Notes: generated by a model not told the origin, from the sequence alone. DNA of 61,724 nucleotides, filler included, from Dugesia japonica (GCA_001938525.1; 6 parts of 6 records of this genome joined end to end with filler, not necessarily neighbours in it); one strand, 5' to 3'. Counted from the whole stretch's first letter, positions 39,081 to 52,211 are shown. Translations and numbers: made by a program.

Positions 39081-39359
39081 CAGGGATGGGCAATCTATGG
39101 CTCTTTTAATCATATGTTGTGGTTCTTAAGTGATATTGAAAAATTTTAATTTTCTATATTTTTTCTAGTAATTTTATTTTTCTGTTTAAAAATAGTAAAA
39201 TATACTAAATAAATGAAATTTGTAAGTGTTATTCAATGTATTTAAATGTGTATTTTTACTATTAATAAAAAATTTCACATCTTAAATTTTATGTTTGGAT
39301 CTCGATAAAAAAATAATTCAATTATTGGATCTTTAGTTTATTAATGGTGCCCACCCCTA
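39081..39359. mobile_element. hAT-type MITE with 8-bp TSD
   Basis: TIRs CAGGGATGGGCA / TGCCCACCCCTA; CTTTAAGA duplicated at 39073-39080 and 39360-39367. Confidence 0.85.
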
Positions 39360-41199
39360 CTTTAAGAGAACGAAAGCCAGTATAAAAATTCACTGTTGTT
39401 GTTTTGTCATTTGTAAATAATCGTCAAGAGAGAAATCCAGGTATCTTCAATTCAAAATTATACTAAAACTGCCAGTTACAATTGGGCGAAGTTAGAGGAA
39501 ATGATTCCGAATGTAAATGATACCGATGAATATACGAAATATATGTACCGGCTGATGATATATTTTACTAATTAAAATCACCAATAAAAAAGTAAAACGG
39601 TATAAAAAATATATTCAATTTATAAATACTTCATAAGAAATCGAGAAAAAATATTAAATTCAATTTTCATTTAATTGAGTAGAAAATTTTCTGTTGAAAT
39701 ATTTTAATCGATAATTCCCATTGCAAAGAAATATTGAATAATGATTAATCACCATGTCTGCATGTGTCTAGACATATTTATTTTTGCTTTATTGCTGAAA
39801 ATACTGGATACTTTCAAAAATTTTATAACGTAGTAAATACGAGTAACAATTGCGTAAATTTTTTTTAACATATCTTTATTAAAATAATTAATGAAATATT
39901 ATTTAATAATATTATAAATGATATATAAATTATGCTACCCATAAATATCCAACCTAAAATTCGTCATTAGTCAGTATTCAAAAATTACAAATTCACAGAA
40001 ATAGAGAAAAAATCATAGAAACTACGAAAATAGAAAAATTGAAGAAATACGAAATTGTAAAAATATAGTTAAAATTAATTTTATAGAAAACTTTTCATAT
40101 ATAGAAAGAGTTGGTAACATGGTGCTCGCGAGCATGTAAATATCTAAAAACTAGTAAACATTCATATAATGTATAAAAATTTTAGTAAAGTCGTAAAAAT
40201 TGAACAATATGATTTTAATTTCTCTATTTTAATAATTGTTCAATTTATGTAAAATTAAATTTTGACTACTAGAGACATATGTTTGTACGTATATTAAACT
40301 AAATACAATATAAATTTTTTAATATTTATATATTATTTTCATATTTAAATGGAGTTGGCAACGTGGTAGGAAGCTACCAACCGATAGATTAAGCCTGATG
40401 GTAAGCTTCTAATGCTGCTACTATACATAAGGCACTATCCAAAACTTGAAATGCTTGTAGCAGATTTTGAAATTTCTGTTCCTATGTGCCATAGCATTTG
40501 TTAGTTGGGTTTGGAAAACTATTATCGTATTATCAATATCAAAATCCGAATTCATAACAATACTTTATTAAAATCAAAACTATAACCAACATTAATTGTT
40601 AAACAAACAAATTACAATCATGTGTTTTAATTGGTGATCTTCTTTTCTAAAATTTAAAAATTAAAACTTTTATTTATTAAATCTCAGNNNNNNNNNNNNN
40701 NNNNNNNNNNNNNNNNNNNNNNNNNNNNNNNNNNNNNTTTATTTATTAAATCTCAGCTTATTTTTAAAATTTTATTTATTAAAAAATTAAACTTTATTTT
40801 TCAATAATTTTCATTTATCCTTAAACTAATATTTGTTTATTTAAATTTTTCATCAATAATTTAATTTCTCTTTTAGACAGAAAATTTAAAAAAATAAGAT
40901 CACCAATCACACAAAAATTTCAACTTGCTTTTCAAAACTGGTCACAGCATTATCAACTTTATCAAACATAAAATTTATTAACATAAAAATTTTCACATTT
41001 TAAATTTAAAATTAACTTGCTTACATACAATTTAAAATTAAAATAATTAATTTTAAAATTACTCTAGAAAATAATATTAATAAAATAAAATTTTAAATTA
41101 GCCCCGAAAAAAAATTTTTCATTCATTTAAAACAAATAAATGTTCACTGTAAAAACATATTTAAATTGCTTGTGAAAAATTAAAACAAATGTAATATTC

Positions 41200-41582
41200 A
41201 TATTTCCCGTCCACAAATTTTCGACTTAAGAAATTTTGCACCAAAAGATTTTTTCAATATAAATTTCTAAACCAAAAATATTTCCCGGTCTTGGGTGAAA
41301 ACCTTTTCCGATAGTTGTCCTTTAGGCAATATATAGGCAGTTTTTGATTCTGAGTCAATCAGCACCAAATTTGAAAGCATACATCAATTCTTGATTGGTC
41401 GAAAACCGAATCACTTGCAAAAATTACTGCATTTAGATTAGTTTAATTAGAACCAAGCACACATATACAGTCAACTGGGAAAAAATATTTCAACCAATTA
41501 GATTACAAGAAAACTGAACCAAAAATTTTTCTACCCCCTCGGCTCAGGGAGAATTGGTGCTATTCGCACGTATCTGCCTACT
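41200..41582 (-). mobile_element. Polinton-like terminus (AGTAG.. on the minus strand)
   Basis: Reverse strand begins AGTAGGCAGATAC..GGGGGTAGAAAAAATTTT, with CCAAT/GATTGG boxes and TTTCCCG motifs as in the 44977 terminus. Confidence 0.45.
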
Positions 41583-41584
41583 CT

Positions 41585-41948
41585 CGTCTATATGTCGCAC
41601 AAAAACCATGTAAAAATTAAACGAGCTTACCTACGAATCTTTACCTCCTCCACCTTATTTGCCAGACCTTTCGCCAAGAAATTACTACTTCTTTAAGCAT
41701 CTCGACAACTTTCTCCTACAGAAATGCTTTAAAAACCAAGGTGATGCTGAAACGGCTTTCAACGAGTTTTTCGACTCAAGAACCCCTGAATTTTATTTTG
41801 CTGAAATTGAGAAACCTGTTTGTCGTTGCAAAAAATATGCAGATAGTATTGGATTTTATTTATATTAATAAACTATATTATGAAATAAATTATTGGCTTT
41901 TAATGTTNACTATTAAAAACTGACATTTCTTTTTTTACCAACTTGATA
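41585..41948 (+). mobile_element. Mariner 3' remnant (transposase C-terminus + TIR)
   Basis: PPPPYLPDLSPRNYYFFKHLDNFL..F..FFDSRTPEFY..I; TIR-like AAAACTGACATTTCTTTTTTACCAACTTGATA. Confidence 0.85.
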
Positions 41949-42782
41949 TTTTTTACAATTTAATAACTAACCTTAAACTCTAAGCAGTCAGTAGTCAACT
42001 CTTGTGCTAGCATTTAAGAAAAGCAAAAAAATTCCCTATAATTTTAATTAAATAATTTTTCGGAAGGGACTTAGTTTTTGGAATATCAGTTAGAAGTCCT
42101 ACACAAGTTTATAAAATAGGGTTCCAATACGTGTGTGAATGCTCCGTTAACTTATCACTTTTATTGGTGAAGCGATTGGTAAAAAAATTCACTGAACTGT
42201 TGTGATTGCTTTGTTATAATTAAACAGGTACATTTAAACTGTATAAATAAACTAAAATGTTGTTTTAATAACACTACTACATAACATATAAATAAAACAC
42301 ATAGGTATTATAAGTTTAAATATAATGCATATGCGTTGTATATGAAGGGGGCTTTATTTTATAAAATGGAAAGGTAAAATCTTTCCCAAATATGACGCCT
42401 ATGTGTTTTTTTCGGTGGAAGACTGTAGTAAATTCCAGTAGTTAATATAGTCCTATAATATTCAAGATGTAGTAGTAATGAGAGAGACAAATAAAATTAA
42501 TACTTAAACCAATCCACATGGATAACAATCATAAAATTTACCTGAGAAAGCGGCTTCAATAATAGCGGTGTCCAAATTATTTTTGAAATCTCTCATATTG
42601 AATAAATGGACCTAAATAAATGTAATTACTTAAACTTTATCCAAAAATATTTTATAAGAAGTTCAAATAAATNNNNNNNNNNNNNNNNNNNNNNNNNNNN
42701 NNNNNNNNNNNNNNNNNNNNNNNNNNNNNNNNNNNNNNNNNNNNNNNNNNNNNNNNNNNNNNNNNNNNNNNNNNNNNNNNNN

Positions 42783-43075
42783 ATCCCCCGTCAAGGTCAA
42801 ATTTTTCAAAGTCATTGTTTAAGAATATTGGATTCTGATTGGTAGAAATATTTCAAGGTCAAACTGTTTAAATATACTTGATTCTGAATGGTCGAAATAT
42901 TTCAAAGTCATATGAATGTAGTTCAAAGTTTGGTAAATTTGTATGGTAAAATTCATCCATCCCATTAAAATGGCGGTTAAAATAATATGGTTTTTAAGGT
43001 CAAGGTCAAGGAGAAACATATTATCACAACAAACTTGGTATCCTTGGATGCAAAATTTAATGGCGGACAGTGTAA
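42783..43075 (+). promoter_or_regulatory. Polinton TIR-type sequence with repeated TCAAGGTCA, CCAAT (GATTGG) and AATGGCGG motifs
   Basis: TCAAGGTCA at 42791, 42853 and 43000; related to 45060-45212; precedes a pPolB fragment. Confidence 0.55.
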
Positions 43076-43084
43076 GATGAAAAT

Positions 43085-43670
43085 GATGTTGTTATGAAAC
43101 ATCCAAATTTTGACATTATCGATCGATCTAAATGTGTTAAAGGTTTGGTCAGAAAATCAATCTGTTGTTATTGAAAGATGAAAACAAATTTTATTGCACC
43201 GCAGTAATAAATTTAAACAGATTGATAAATCGAGATGTGAAGAAGTATGGCATTAGACGCCAATCAAATAGGTGTGAAAATTGTCTCAACGGTTTTAAAT
43301 ATCATGTTGCTTATGAAAAACATCTTTTAGAATTCAAACCGGCACTATAATGTGCACTATTCCAACTGAAAAGAATTTTGAATTTCAGGATTACTCCGAA
43401 CCTTTAACTCCACTCTTTGTCATATATGCTGATTTCGAACCAGTATTACCAAGTAATGAAAAGCATTTCCAGAAACATGTACTTATTGTTGTTGGTAAAT
43501 AATTTTACCAATGAAATGAAATATANCCAGTTTATTGGAAATAAATGTTATGCGATTTCCTAAAGGCACTGAAGGCAATCGGTAATAATATAGTATATAC
43601 ATATTATATTAGAAAAGGAAAAAAATAATGATTATGACACCAGATCAAGAAATAGAATTTAATTGAGTTA
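43085..43670 (+). pseudogene. Polinton protein-primed DNA polymerase B, N-terminal fragment
   Basis: INLLLLKD..LNRLI..CENCLNGF..YEKH then FEFQDYSEPLTPLFVIYADFEPVL..FQKH (exonuclease I-like YADFE). Confidence 0.75.
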
Positions 43671-43799
43671 AATAAGCATTGTAATGTTGTAATTGTTAAG
43701 AGAGTTTTGATGTTACCTTTCAACCGACATGTTGAAGATTTGCATGAAACTAGCTTGATAATTTTATCCTTTGTTATAAATCATATTTACTTAGATAAT

Positions 43800-43960
43800 T
43801 TATACTTACCACTCCGAGAAAAAATGTTAAATCTACAGTAAATCATTACTGATGGTTTTGTTTGAAAATGGTTTATTAGTTTCAAGTGTGATGATATCAA
43901 TTTGGTGACAGGTAAAAAAAGAGGTAGACCATTGAATTTCGACAGTCTTTTAATAACTAT
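43800..43960 (+). pseudogene. Mariner N-terminal fragment
   Basis: KWFISFKCDDINLVTGKKRGRPLNFD resembles WF.RFK.GD..L.D..RSGRP. Confidence 0.45.
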
Positions 43961-45749
43961 AGGAGATGCTAATAAGATTATTGGAATACTGTCAGATCAA
44001 TTTGTGTCGTTAAATACTCCAGAAAGATATGAAAATTGAAATAATTGAAATGGAAAATTATTTGATTTTAAAAGTTATTTTTCAATTTTAATAAATTAAT
44101 TTTGATTTCTTTCTTTCAATTATTGAATATGTTTTGAATTTGAATTCATTTAATATTTGTATTTAAATTTTTAAACTATTAAATTGATGAATTATTAAAT
44201 TATTAAATTTATTACATTTTTTGAAATTATTAAGAATTATTAACTGAAAGTTTCAAATGAATTGCCCTTAAATAATTTTTTAATTTATTTTTAAAAATAG
44301 TTTAACTTAATATGAGCTGAAAGAAAACAACTTTTTTAATAAGAAATATTCATTTAAATTTTCTATGAAAAATAAAATTTTTTGAAGCAAACTTTTATTA
44401 TAATTAATAATTTTTTATGGAAAACTTTGTTGATTTTGCATTAACTAATATGCGAACAATAAAATGTTGATGTGAACGGATTGTCAACGCATAAAATATA
44501 AGATCCAAAACCAATGGCAACAATGTATTTTAAAAAAAGAACTTGATGTATATTTGTAAGGAAAAGTTAAAAGAATACTTAAATATTATTATTAGGCTTT
44601 TTAATTATATTGTAATTGCAAATGTTTTTTTTATTAATGTAATGAATTTTAATAAAATTGTGTTTTTGTGAAATAACCATAGTGAAATGTATGACAGTAA
44701 GAAATATAGTATATATAATTAATATTAGTAGGCCACGGTAATTAAAATTTTAAAGCTTTNNNNNNNNNNNNNNNNNNNNNNNNNNNNNNNNNNNNNNNNN
44801 NNNNNNNNNNNNNNNNNNNNNNNNNNNNNNNNNNNNNNNNNNNNNNNNNNNNNNNNNNNNNNNNNNNNNNNNNNNNNNNNNNNNNNNNNNNCGAATTCTG
44901 AGTATTTTAATTCAATAGTTTCGTCTAACCTGAAATATAAAATATTAAAATATTTGTTCTGTCATTCACCTAAGTAAGTAGATAGTAGCGCATGAAGCCA
45001 TCCCCCCCTTGGAGAAAATTTTTCAAAAGTGGCTATGTATCCTGCGATTTGATTGGTCGAAATGTTCAAGTGGCTACGTATACTCGATACTGATTGGTTG
45101 ATAGCTTGCTACTATTCCTAAGTGGCTACGTATACTAGATTCTGATTGATGGAATATTTCAAGGTCGAATAAAGGTAAGTCAAGGTTAAATGAAAATAGG
45201 TCTAGGTCATTTATTGGTTTTATTGAGTTATTTGCGTGTATTATATGACATTATTTGGCATATTGTATGTATTATATGATATTAATTTGCGTATTGCATG
45301 TAATATATGAATATAGAGTATATTGTGTGTATTTAAGTGACTTTATTGGGTTTATTATATGTCATTAATGGGTTTATTATATGTCATTACTGGGTGTAAT
45401 TTATTGCATTATTTTGTGTATTGCATTCATTCGTTTATTATATTGAGTTTATTGTGTATATGATATGAATATATAGGACATATTATGTGTATTATATGAC
45501 TATATTATGTTAATTATGTGTAATACATTACTCTATTTAGTTTATTTTATGCTTAAGATCACATTGGTTTTATTGTGTATAAAACCAAATTGGCTCTGCG
45601 TATGTGTACAAGTCCATATAGGTTTCATATGTATAAGATTCAATCAGTTTACTATGTGTGAAGCTCTATTAGGTTTTGTTGTATTAGACTCTATTGACAT
45701 CTATGTTTGAAAATATTACATAGACATCTATGCCACTATGATCAAAAAG

Positions 45750-48130
45750 CTCATATAAATTCCTATAAAAAACCTTACAAACCTGATACAAATCTTATAG
45801 ATACCCCATAAGATCCTATAAAAACCCTATAATAACCCTATAATTAACTTATAAATCCAATAAAGAAACCATATAAGACCCTATAAAAAATAATAAAACC
45901 CAATTAAAAACACTACAAGAACACATAAAACCGTACAATTACCTTATAAACCTAATAAAACCTTATAAATCCATTAAAGGAACCATATAATTACCATATA
46001 ATTACTTTATAAAACCCAATAATTATATTATAAAGCCTTTAGAAAACATATTGTAGTTTGTAAATTATTCTTAATCAAATGCATATGTAAATCTATGAAG
46101 GTTTGAATGAACTTTGCATATTTTATTAATAAAATGATATTTAAATTGTACAGATTAAGTGTATTAATGGGTATTTGAATGTACTGAATACATTTAATGT
46201 TTAGATTTCTTTGAAATATTTGCGTTTATGTGATGTAATTATTGAGTGTATGCTGTTAATTGTTTCACTGAGTCCATTAGGTTTATTGCATGATTTCAAT
46301 GAATGTATTAGATTTTCATAAATCTAGTAACTTTTCAGGAACATAGAGTAAATATTTAGAAATAATTACATGATATTAGGTAACTTTTTAAAAATATTTT
46401 AAGGACCTCTGGTAACTTTTTACAAAACTTACCGAATCTCTGGTAACTTTTTGAAATACTTTACGATTATCTAGTAAATTTTTGAGTTATTTTCACTGTG
46501 TTTTACTTGGGAATTTGAAAATGTTTGTGGCATCTAATAACTTTTTGAAAGCATTACCAGATATCTGGTAACTTTTTGAAATAATTACAGGATATCTGGT
46601 AACTTTTTTGAAATAATTACTGTATCTCTGGTAAATCTTTTGAAATAATTACATGACATCTGGTAACTTTCATGCAAATATGTAATTTTAAAACAATTGA
46701 ATTATAAGCTTATATAAAAGCATATAATTACTCTATAAAAACCCACGATTACCTTATAAAAATATTTAATTACCACATTAAACCCTATAATAGCATAATA
46801 AGAACATATAAAACCTATATATTTACTCTATAAAAATCTTATAATTCCAATAAAATCNNNNNNNNNNNNNNNNNNNNNNNNNNNNNNNNNNNNNNNNNNN
46901 NNNATAGAAACATATAAAACCCTATTAAAACATATATCAAACCCATCAATTATATAAAACTCTATTAAAACCTTATAATTACCTTATAAGAACTTATAAT
47001 AACCATATATTTACCTGATAAAAACTTATAATGACTCTATAATCACCTTAGAAAACCATATAATAACCACATAAGTCCTATATAAATATCTTATAAAAAT
47101 ATCTTATATAATTAGCTTATTAAACCATATAAACCCTAATAAACCATAGTAAAACTTTATTAAAACATATCAACCATATAAAACTTAATTAAATTCATAT
47201 AATCGCTATATAATTACCAGATGAAACCCTATAGTTAAACTCTAAATCTCTACAAAATTACATAAAACTTTATTTTTGCTTAGTAATCGACCTTTTGTAT
47301 ACATACATTCATACTTGCAAACCTATAATGTCTTTATTAACTTGTACAAGTATGACTCATGTTATATTGTTCTAGTTGCACTCGTGTTGCAATGTCTTTG
47401 TTAGACTTGCATCGGTGTTGTATAGGTATGATTCATGGTTTGTTGTGCGTGAATTGTTCTTTATGCATGTATATTTTTTATTTTGTGCGTATATGATTGA
47501 TTATGCATGTATGTATGTATGTATTAGTTCTTTATTATGTGATTAATACCTATTATAAAATCGATAATATTTAATAAGATTTCATAAAATTTTATAAAAC
47601 TAGATAAAACCCTAATAAACCCTATAGAAACCATATAAAAACATTAAAAAAANNNNNNNNNNNNNNATAAAAATACATATATAAAACAATACAAGACACT
47701 ATTAAACTTTAGAAAATCATAAAAACCATCAATTTTGCTTATTAATCAATCATTATTGAATATATTAGGGTTAATTGTATGAACAGTGTAAATATACGTG
47801 TTAAATAGTGTATGTATTTAGTCTATGCATTTGTATATTTAATTTTCTGTATGTATTATGCATAATTTATGTTGAGTTTAATCGGTTTATTAGGTTTTAT
47901 CATTTCTAAATACTATAATAATCCTAAATGATCTATAAGACTATAAATTTCAAATTACCCTATATGACTATATAAAAACTTTAAATTATTCTATGTGTAC
48001 CGTATAAAAACCATATAAAATCATATAAAATTTTATAAAAAGCGTATAAATATCATGAAAAACCTTATATTTACAATATATAGATTGATTATAAATTTCT
48101 TATCAGTCACTAAAACCTTATAAAAATATA
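45750..48130 (+). repeat. Blocks of degenerate ~10-bp AAACCCTATA-type repeats alternating with TG-rich blocks
   Basis: A/C-rich blocks at 45750-46030, 46700-47260, 47580-47730 and 47940-48130. Confidence 0.7.
46320..46672 (+). repeat. ~30-bp tandem repeat TCTGGTAACTTTTTGAAATAATTACAGGATA
   Basis: About ten diverged units. Confidence 0.85.
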
Positions 48131-48249
48131 TAAAATCATTTAAACATTATATAACAAAAACGAGATTTGAAATTAATATTTATTAAACGAAAAATTCAAA
48201 TTATTATACATATTATTTTTATCTCTGAAATTAACATCAAATCAATTCT

Positions 48250-48588
48250 TTATATTTGAATATTTAAGTTGAAAAATCTGAACATTAATTGTTTCTTTCC
48301 GTGTAGGAATAATACCATCCATGGTTTTACATTGATTTGTCTCATCATTTGATGACAATAAGGTTTCTCATACTCGAATAAAAAAGGATAATCGTCACTG
48401 AAGACATGAAATTGTCTTTCTTCTAATGGAACTCTAACAGGAATACTTTTATTTATTTCAGTTTTAATTTTGGGTTTCATCATCTTTCTTAATTTGCTCT
48501 GAAGTGTTGACTTTTCAAAAGTTTTTCTTTTATTTGTTATTTGATCTCTATTTTTCCTTCTGAATAAAGTTGAAACTGATACTTTCAT
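48250..48588 (-). CDS. Hypothetical basic protein (112 aa), cargo of the TIR element
   Basis: Uninterrupted ATG-started ORF with K/R-rich N-terminus and a complex C-terminal half; AATAAA ~65 bp downstream on the minus strand. Confidence 0.45.
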   Translation of the reverse strand: MKVSVSTLFRRKNRDQITNKRKTFEKSTLQSKLRKMMKPKIKTEINKSIPVRVPLEERQFHVFSDDYPFLFEYEKPYCHQMMRQINVKPWMVLFLHGKKQLMFRFFNLNIQI

Positions 48589-49619
48589 GCTTTTTCTTTA
48601 ATAATTTTATTATACATAATTATCGCAAAATGACAAATTTATTTAGATATATATAATGGACAAAGAAATGCTAGACATACACACTTAAATTATATTACGT
48701 TGTGATATTTTAAAATATTTTACTTTGTGATATTTTAATATTTTTGATACACACTTACAAAGGGGATAGAAAAAATATGATACACATACAATGGAGATAG
48801 CGAAATTTAAAACACATACAAATTGTTAAATGGGAATAGAAAAGATATGATACACACAAAGGGAATAGAAAAATTCTTTTGACACTCGACATTATATTTT
48901 TCGCAATTTTCAAAAAACTATTTTTAAAAGCTACAATTTTGATATGTAAGCTTGATATTCTTTATATCTCTTTTATATATTTTTTANATTATGAACAATA
49001 ATAATAAAAGCATATTGAGAACATTGTTGAGCGAAGAAAAGGTAAACTATTTTCATTATTTTTATTAATTAATTATTTTCAGGTTATGAACAATAAAACA
49101 ATATTGAAAATATCAATTCGACAAAATTAATGATGGATAATGTAAATTTATTGTTATTATTTAATGGCTATTAATTTTATTTTAGAATTGTAATTCAAAT
49201 CAACGAGGAAGAGGTATCAAGAGAAAGAATTTAATTAAAGTAAATTTTTTATACACTTGATAGTTGTTAAAATTAAAATTTACAAAAAAAATATAATAAT
49301 AATAATAATAATTGAAACAATAAAACAAAAAATATGAATAATAAGTCTGTGCGGGAAATTTAAATATTAAGTCTGCACGAGGATTAATCACAATAAGTCT
49401 GCACGGAGATAATTATTAAGCCTGTCCGAATGATAGTTGACCTTTTCCTTCAAATAGTTGCCATGGAAATGACCTTGACCTATTTTCATTTAACCTTGAC
49501 TTACCTTTATTCGACCTTGAAATATTCCATCAATCAGAATCTAGTATACGTAGCCACTTAGGAATAGTAGCAAGCTATCAACCAATCAGTATCGAGTATA
49601 CGTAGCCACTTGAACATTT

Positions 49620-49719
49620 NNNNNNNNNNNNNNNNNNNNNNNNNNNNNNNNNNNNNNNNNNNNTTAATTAATTAANNNNNNNNNNNNNNNNNNNNNNNNN
49701 NNNNNNNNNNNNNNNNNNN
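49620..49719. other. Synthetic scaffold linker
   Basis: 44N-TTAATTAATTAA-44N. Confidence 0.95.
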
Positions 49720-50787
49720 AAAACCCGTTGCAGAAATCTCTTAGTTTTGTCCACAAGAAATAAAAAAGAAGTAATTATTATTTTAATTGTGTTGAATTAG
49801 TGTTACATGAAAAGTCTATTATAATTTATTCTAATAAAATTAGCTGTGTTAAATTGATATTATATGGAAAAGTTATTATGATTTATTTAATAATTTCAGT
49901 TACGTAAATTTGAAAAGAAAATTTGATATAACTTATGTTAATAAATTTAGATATGTTAAAAAACATTGTACCTTGCTATTTTATTTATGAAAATAACTAT
50001 TACGAGAGTCGATGATAAATTTTTGGTATGACATATGCACTATAAAAGAAAGAAATATATAAAAGCCACTAAAAAAGTTTATTTTATCAAAATTAATAAA
50101 TTACCATCATCAATTCAAAATGAAAATATCCATCGGAATAGTCATAAGGAAAAATCAATAATTGTATCTCACATATTTTTCTTTTAGTTAAATTCCATAG
50201 ACTGCGAAATTGCGAATCTAACCTGATGTAGAAGGAAGTTAATTATCTGACTCCATAAATGTTACATCGAATTGAGTTACATGGATAAGTCCCCGAATTG
50301 CAATCAACATGCTGTTATGATCTGAATTTACATGAATAGGAGGTGTGTGTTGACACCATTACTTAATTCATCAGTATGTTTGATGCTGTCTACTAGCCAA
50401 ACACACCAACCCAGCAATCGCTAATCGATGATATAAGTTAATTTGATCCCTTACCCGTTGGTAACCTTGAAGTGTTGTCAATGGAGATACAAAAAATTTG
50501 CAACTTAAATAATACGATTATCAATATCTCTGTTATTGAATATTACATGACTTTCAGACGTTTTTCTTTTTGGGGACATGAATTAAACCTGACCCACTTT
50601 TGATAATCAAAGAAAAGGGGTTATTTTCTTAAATAATAATCGATATCGAGCTCAAATGAGGTAGATATAATTATAGAGAATAACAGATGGATTAGGATTT
50701 TTGTCATCATTTTATGAAATTAACAAGCAAAATATGAAAATTTGTTAACAAGTCGATAAAAAATTAGTAAATAAAACCTAATATAAA

Positions 50788-51172
50788 ATATGACAGTACG
50801 CAACAATTTAAACTAAATTTTGACAGTGTCGAGGTTTATGAAAATTATACCAAATATCAAGTAGATTTCAACCAATTAATTATTAATGGTTTCGGTAAAT
50901 ATTATCCTCATAAACGAAGGTTGATCACCACCGAGAACTGGTTATTTGAAATAATTATGAAAGGAGGGTGCTATGTTTTCAGTAAAGGCGCATTTCGTTT
51001 TACCTTACAAATTATAATGCGGGGTATTAATGCCGCAAAAAAGTTAATAGATAAAATCAGTCTGATATCGGATCCCCTTATAAATTATGGTTCCCGGATT
51101 TACTTGTGTTTCCTCGAATTAAACTCAGTTGACCCATGTTTTAGGATAAATATCGGAGAATGTTTAAGTTGA
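50788..51172 (+). CDS. Hypothetical protein, probably element-encoded
   Basis: Frame open from ~50788 (YDSTQQFKLNFDSVEVY...) through the listed ORF 50921-51172; no family recognised. Confidence 0.3.
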
Positions 51173-51262
51173 TGAGAAATGGGATGCAGAAAGTTATTAC
51201 ATTTTTTAATTTTTATTATGGGTAAATAAAAGATATTTTTTTTAATCAGATAATCAAACAGC

Positions 51263-51478
51263 ATGGCCAATCCCTTAATTAAAATATTAAAACTAATTCG
51301 GGTTGAAAGACGCAAATCTCGGAGAAGGCAGTTGCTACTTCACATTCTATCGCACGGCGTGATCGAGCACCCGAATAAAGTAGATTTGGATGAGGAATGA
51401 CAACGTGAACTAGGATTGAAATCAGGCGAAATTGTTATAGGCGTAAATGTTGGAGTTTCCACCGATTCCTATTCGTAA
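51263..51478 (+). pseudogene. Orphan ORF cassette 0 (one internal TGA)
   Basis: MANPLIKILKLIRVERRKSRRRQLLLHILSHGVIEHPNKVDLDEE*QRELGLKSGEIVIGVNVGVSTDSYS; AATAAA at 51516. Confidence 0.4.
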
Positions 51479-51634
51479 TTTTACATGTGGTTTTAACTGA
51501 GTAACAATCTTGCGAAATAAATCGAATTGTTATTATGGCTTGTGTTTAGTTATATAAAATAAAATCTGCATGTCACATTTCTGTTTGCCATTCAAATGAA
51601 AACCTAGATAATTTCTAATCTAGGACCGCTGCAC

Positions 51635-52063
51635 ATGGAATACAAATGGGAAGTGAGCCGTGACACCCGTTTATGTTGAACCGTGTTCCGGCGGTATCAA
51701 AATCCCTATGATCGCAACGCCGGTGTATTACTAGATCGTGCCAATGTTCCTGTTGAACAACGCACAGCAGATCGGCAATGGGATGCAACTGAGAGGGCAG
51801 CCTATTATAGTTGGTGTGGCCCGAGGAGGGATAGAGTCGCCTTCGCACCGGCACCACTTTCTTTTGAGCAATCCACCGAGGTGCCACAAGTAGAACGAGT
51901 ATGGCATGATGGCCCATCTTTGATCGGTATCACCACGAATCGCTTACCCTCAACCTCACAACTGTCTTCCTTCGTGCAAAATTATTTATTGGAGGCCCGT
52001 AATGGTATGCCCAGTAATAATGATGAAAACTCTGGTGAAGAAGTCTCCGAGGTGTCGGTGTGA
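51635..52063 (+). pseudogene. Orphan ORF cassette 1 (one internal TGA)
   Basis: ATG 51635 MEYKWEVSRDTRLC*T is in frame with ORF 51683-52063; GC-rich relative to flanks; AATAAA at 52078. Confidence 0.55.
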
Positions 52064-52211
52064 CCTGTCTTATTAGAAATAAAGTTTTGGCTAGGAATTT
52101 GTTTTCTCTGTCTTTTATTGCTTGATTAGTTAAGACTCTATTCTACTTTTGCTTTTTGGACTATAAACGGTTTTAAATAGAATCCATAATTTTATTATAT
52201 TCTTGTTATAG

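Larger units (their letters stand above)
44977..49619. mobile_element. Non-autonomous Polinton-like element with long TIRs
   Basis: Starts AGTAGATAGTAG. 45060-45212 is the reverse complement of 49467-49619 with one mismatch; the right end is cut by the scaffold edge; interior is mostly tandem repeats. Confidence 0.7.

Noticed and set aside
46320-46672. CRISPR-like appearance of ~30-bp repeats
   Set aside because: Units are contiguous with no unique spacers, the context is eukaryotic and there are no cas genes; it is a minisatellite.
51615-51917. Minus-strand ORFs 51615-51917 and 52749-53015
   Set aside because: Antisense shadows of the GC-richer plus-strand cassettes, which carry the poly(A) signals.
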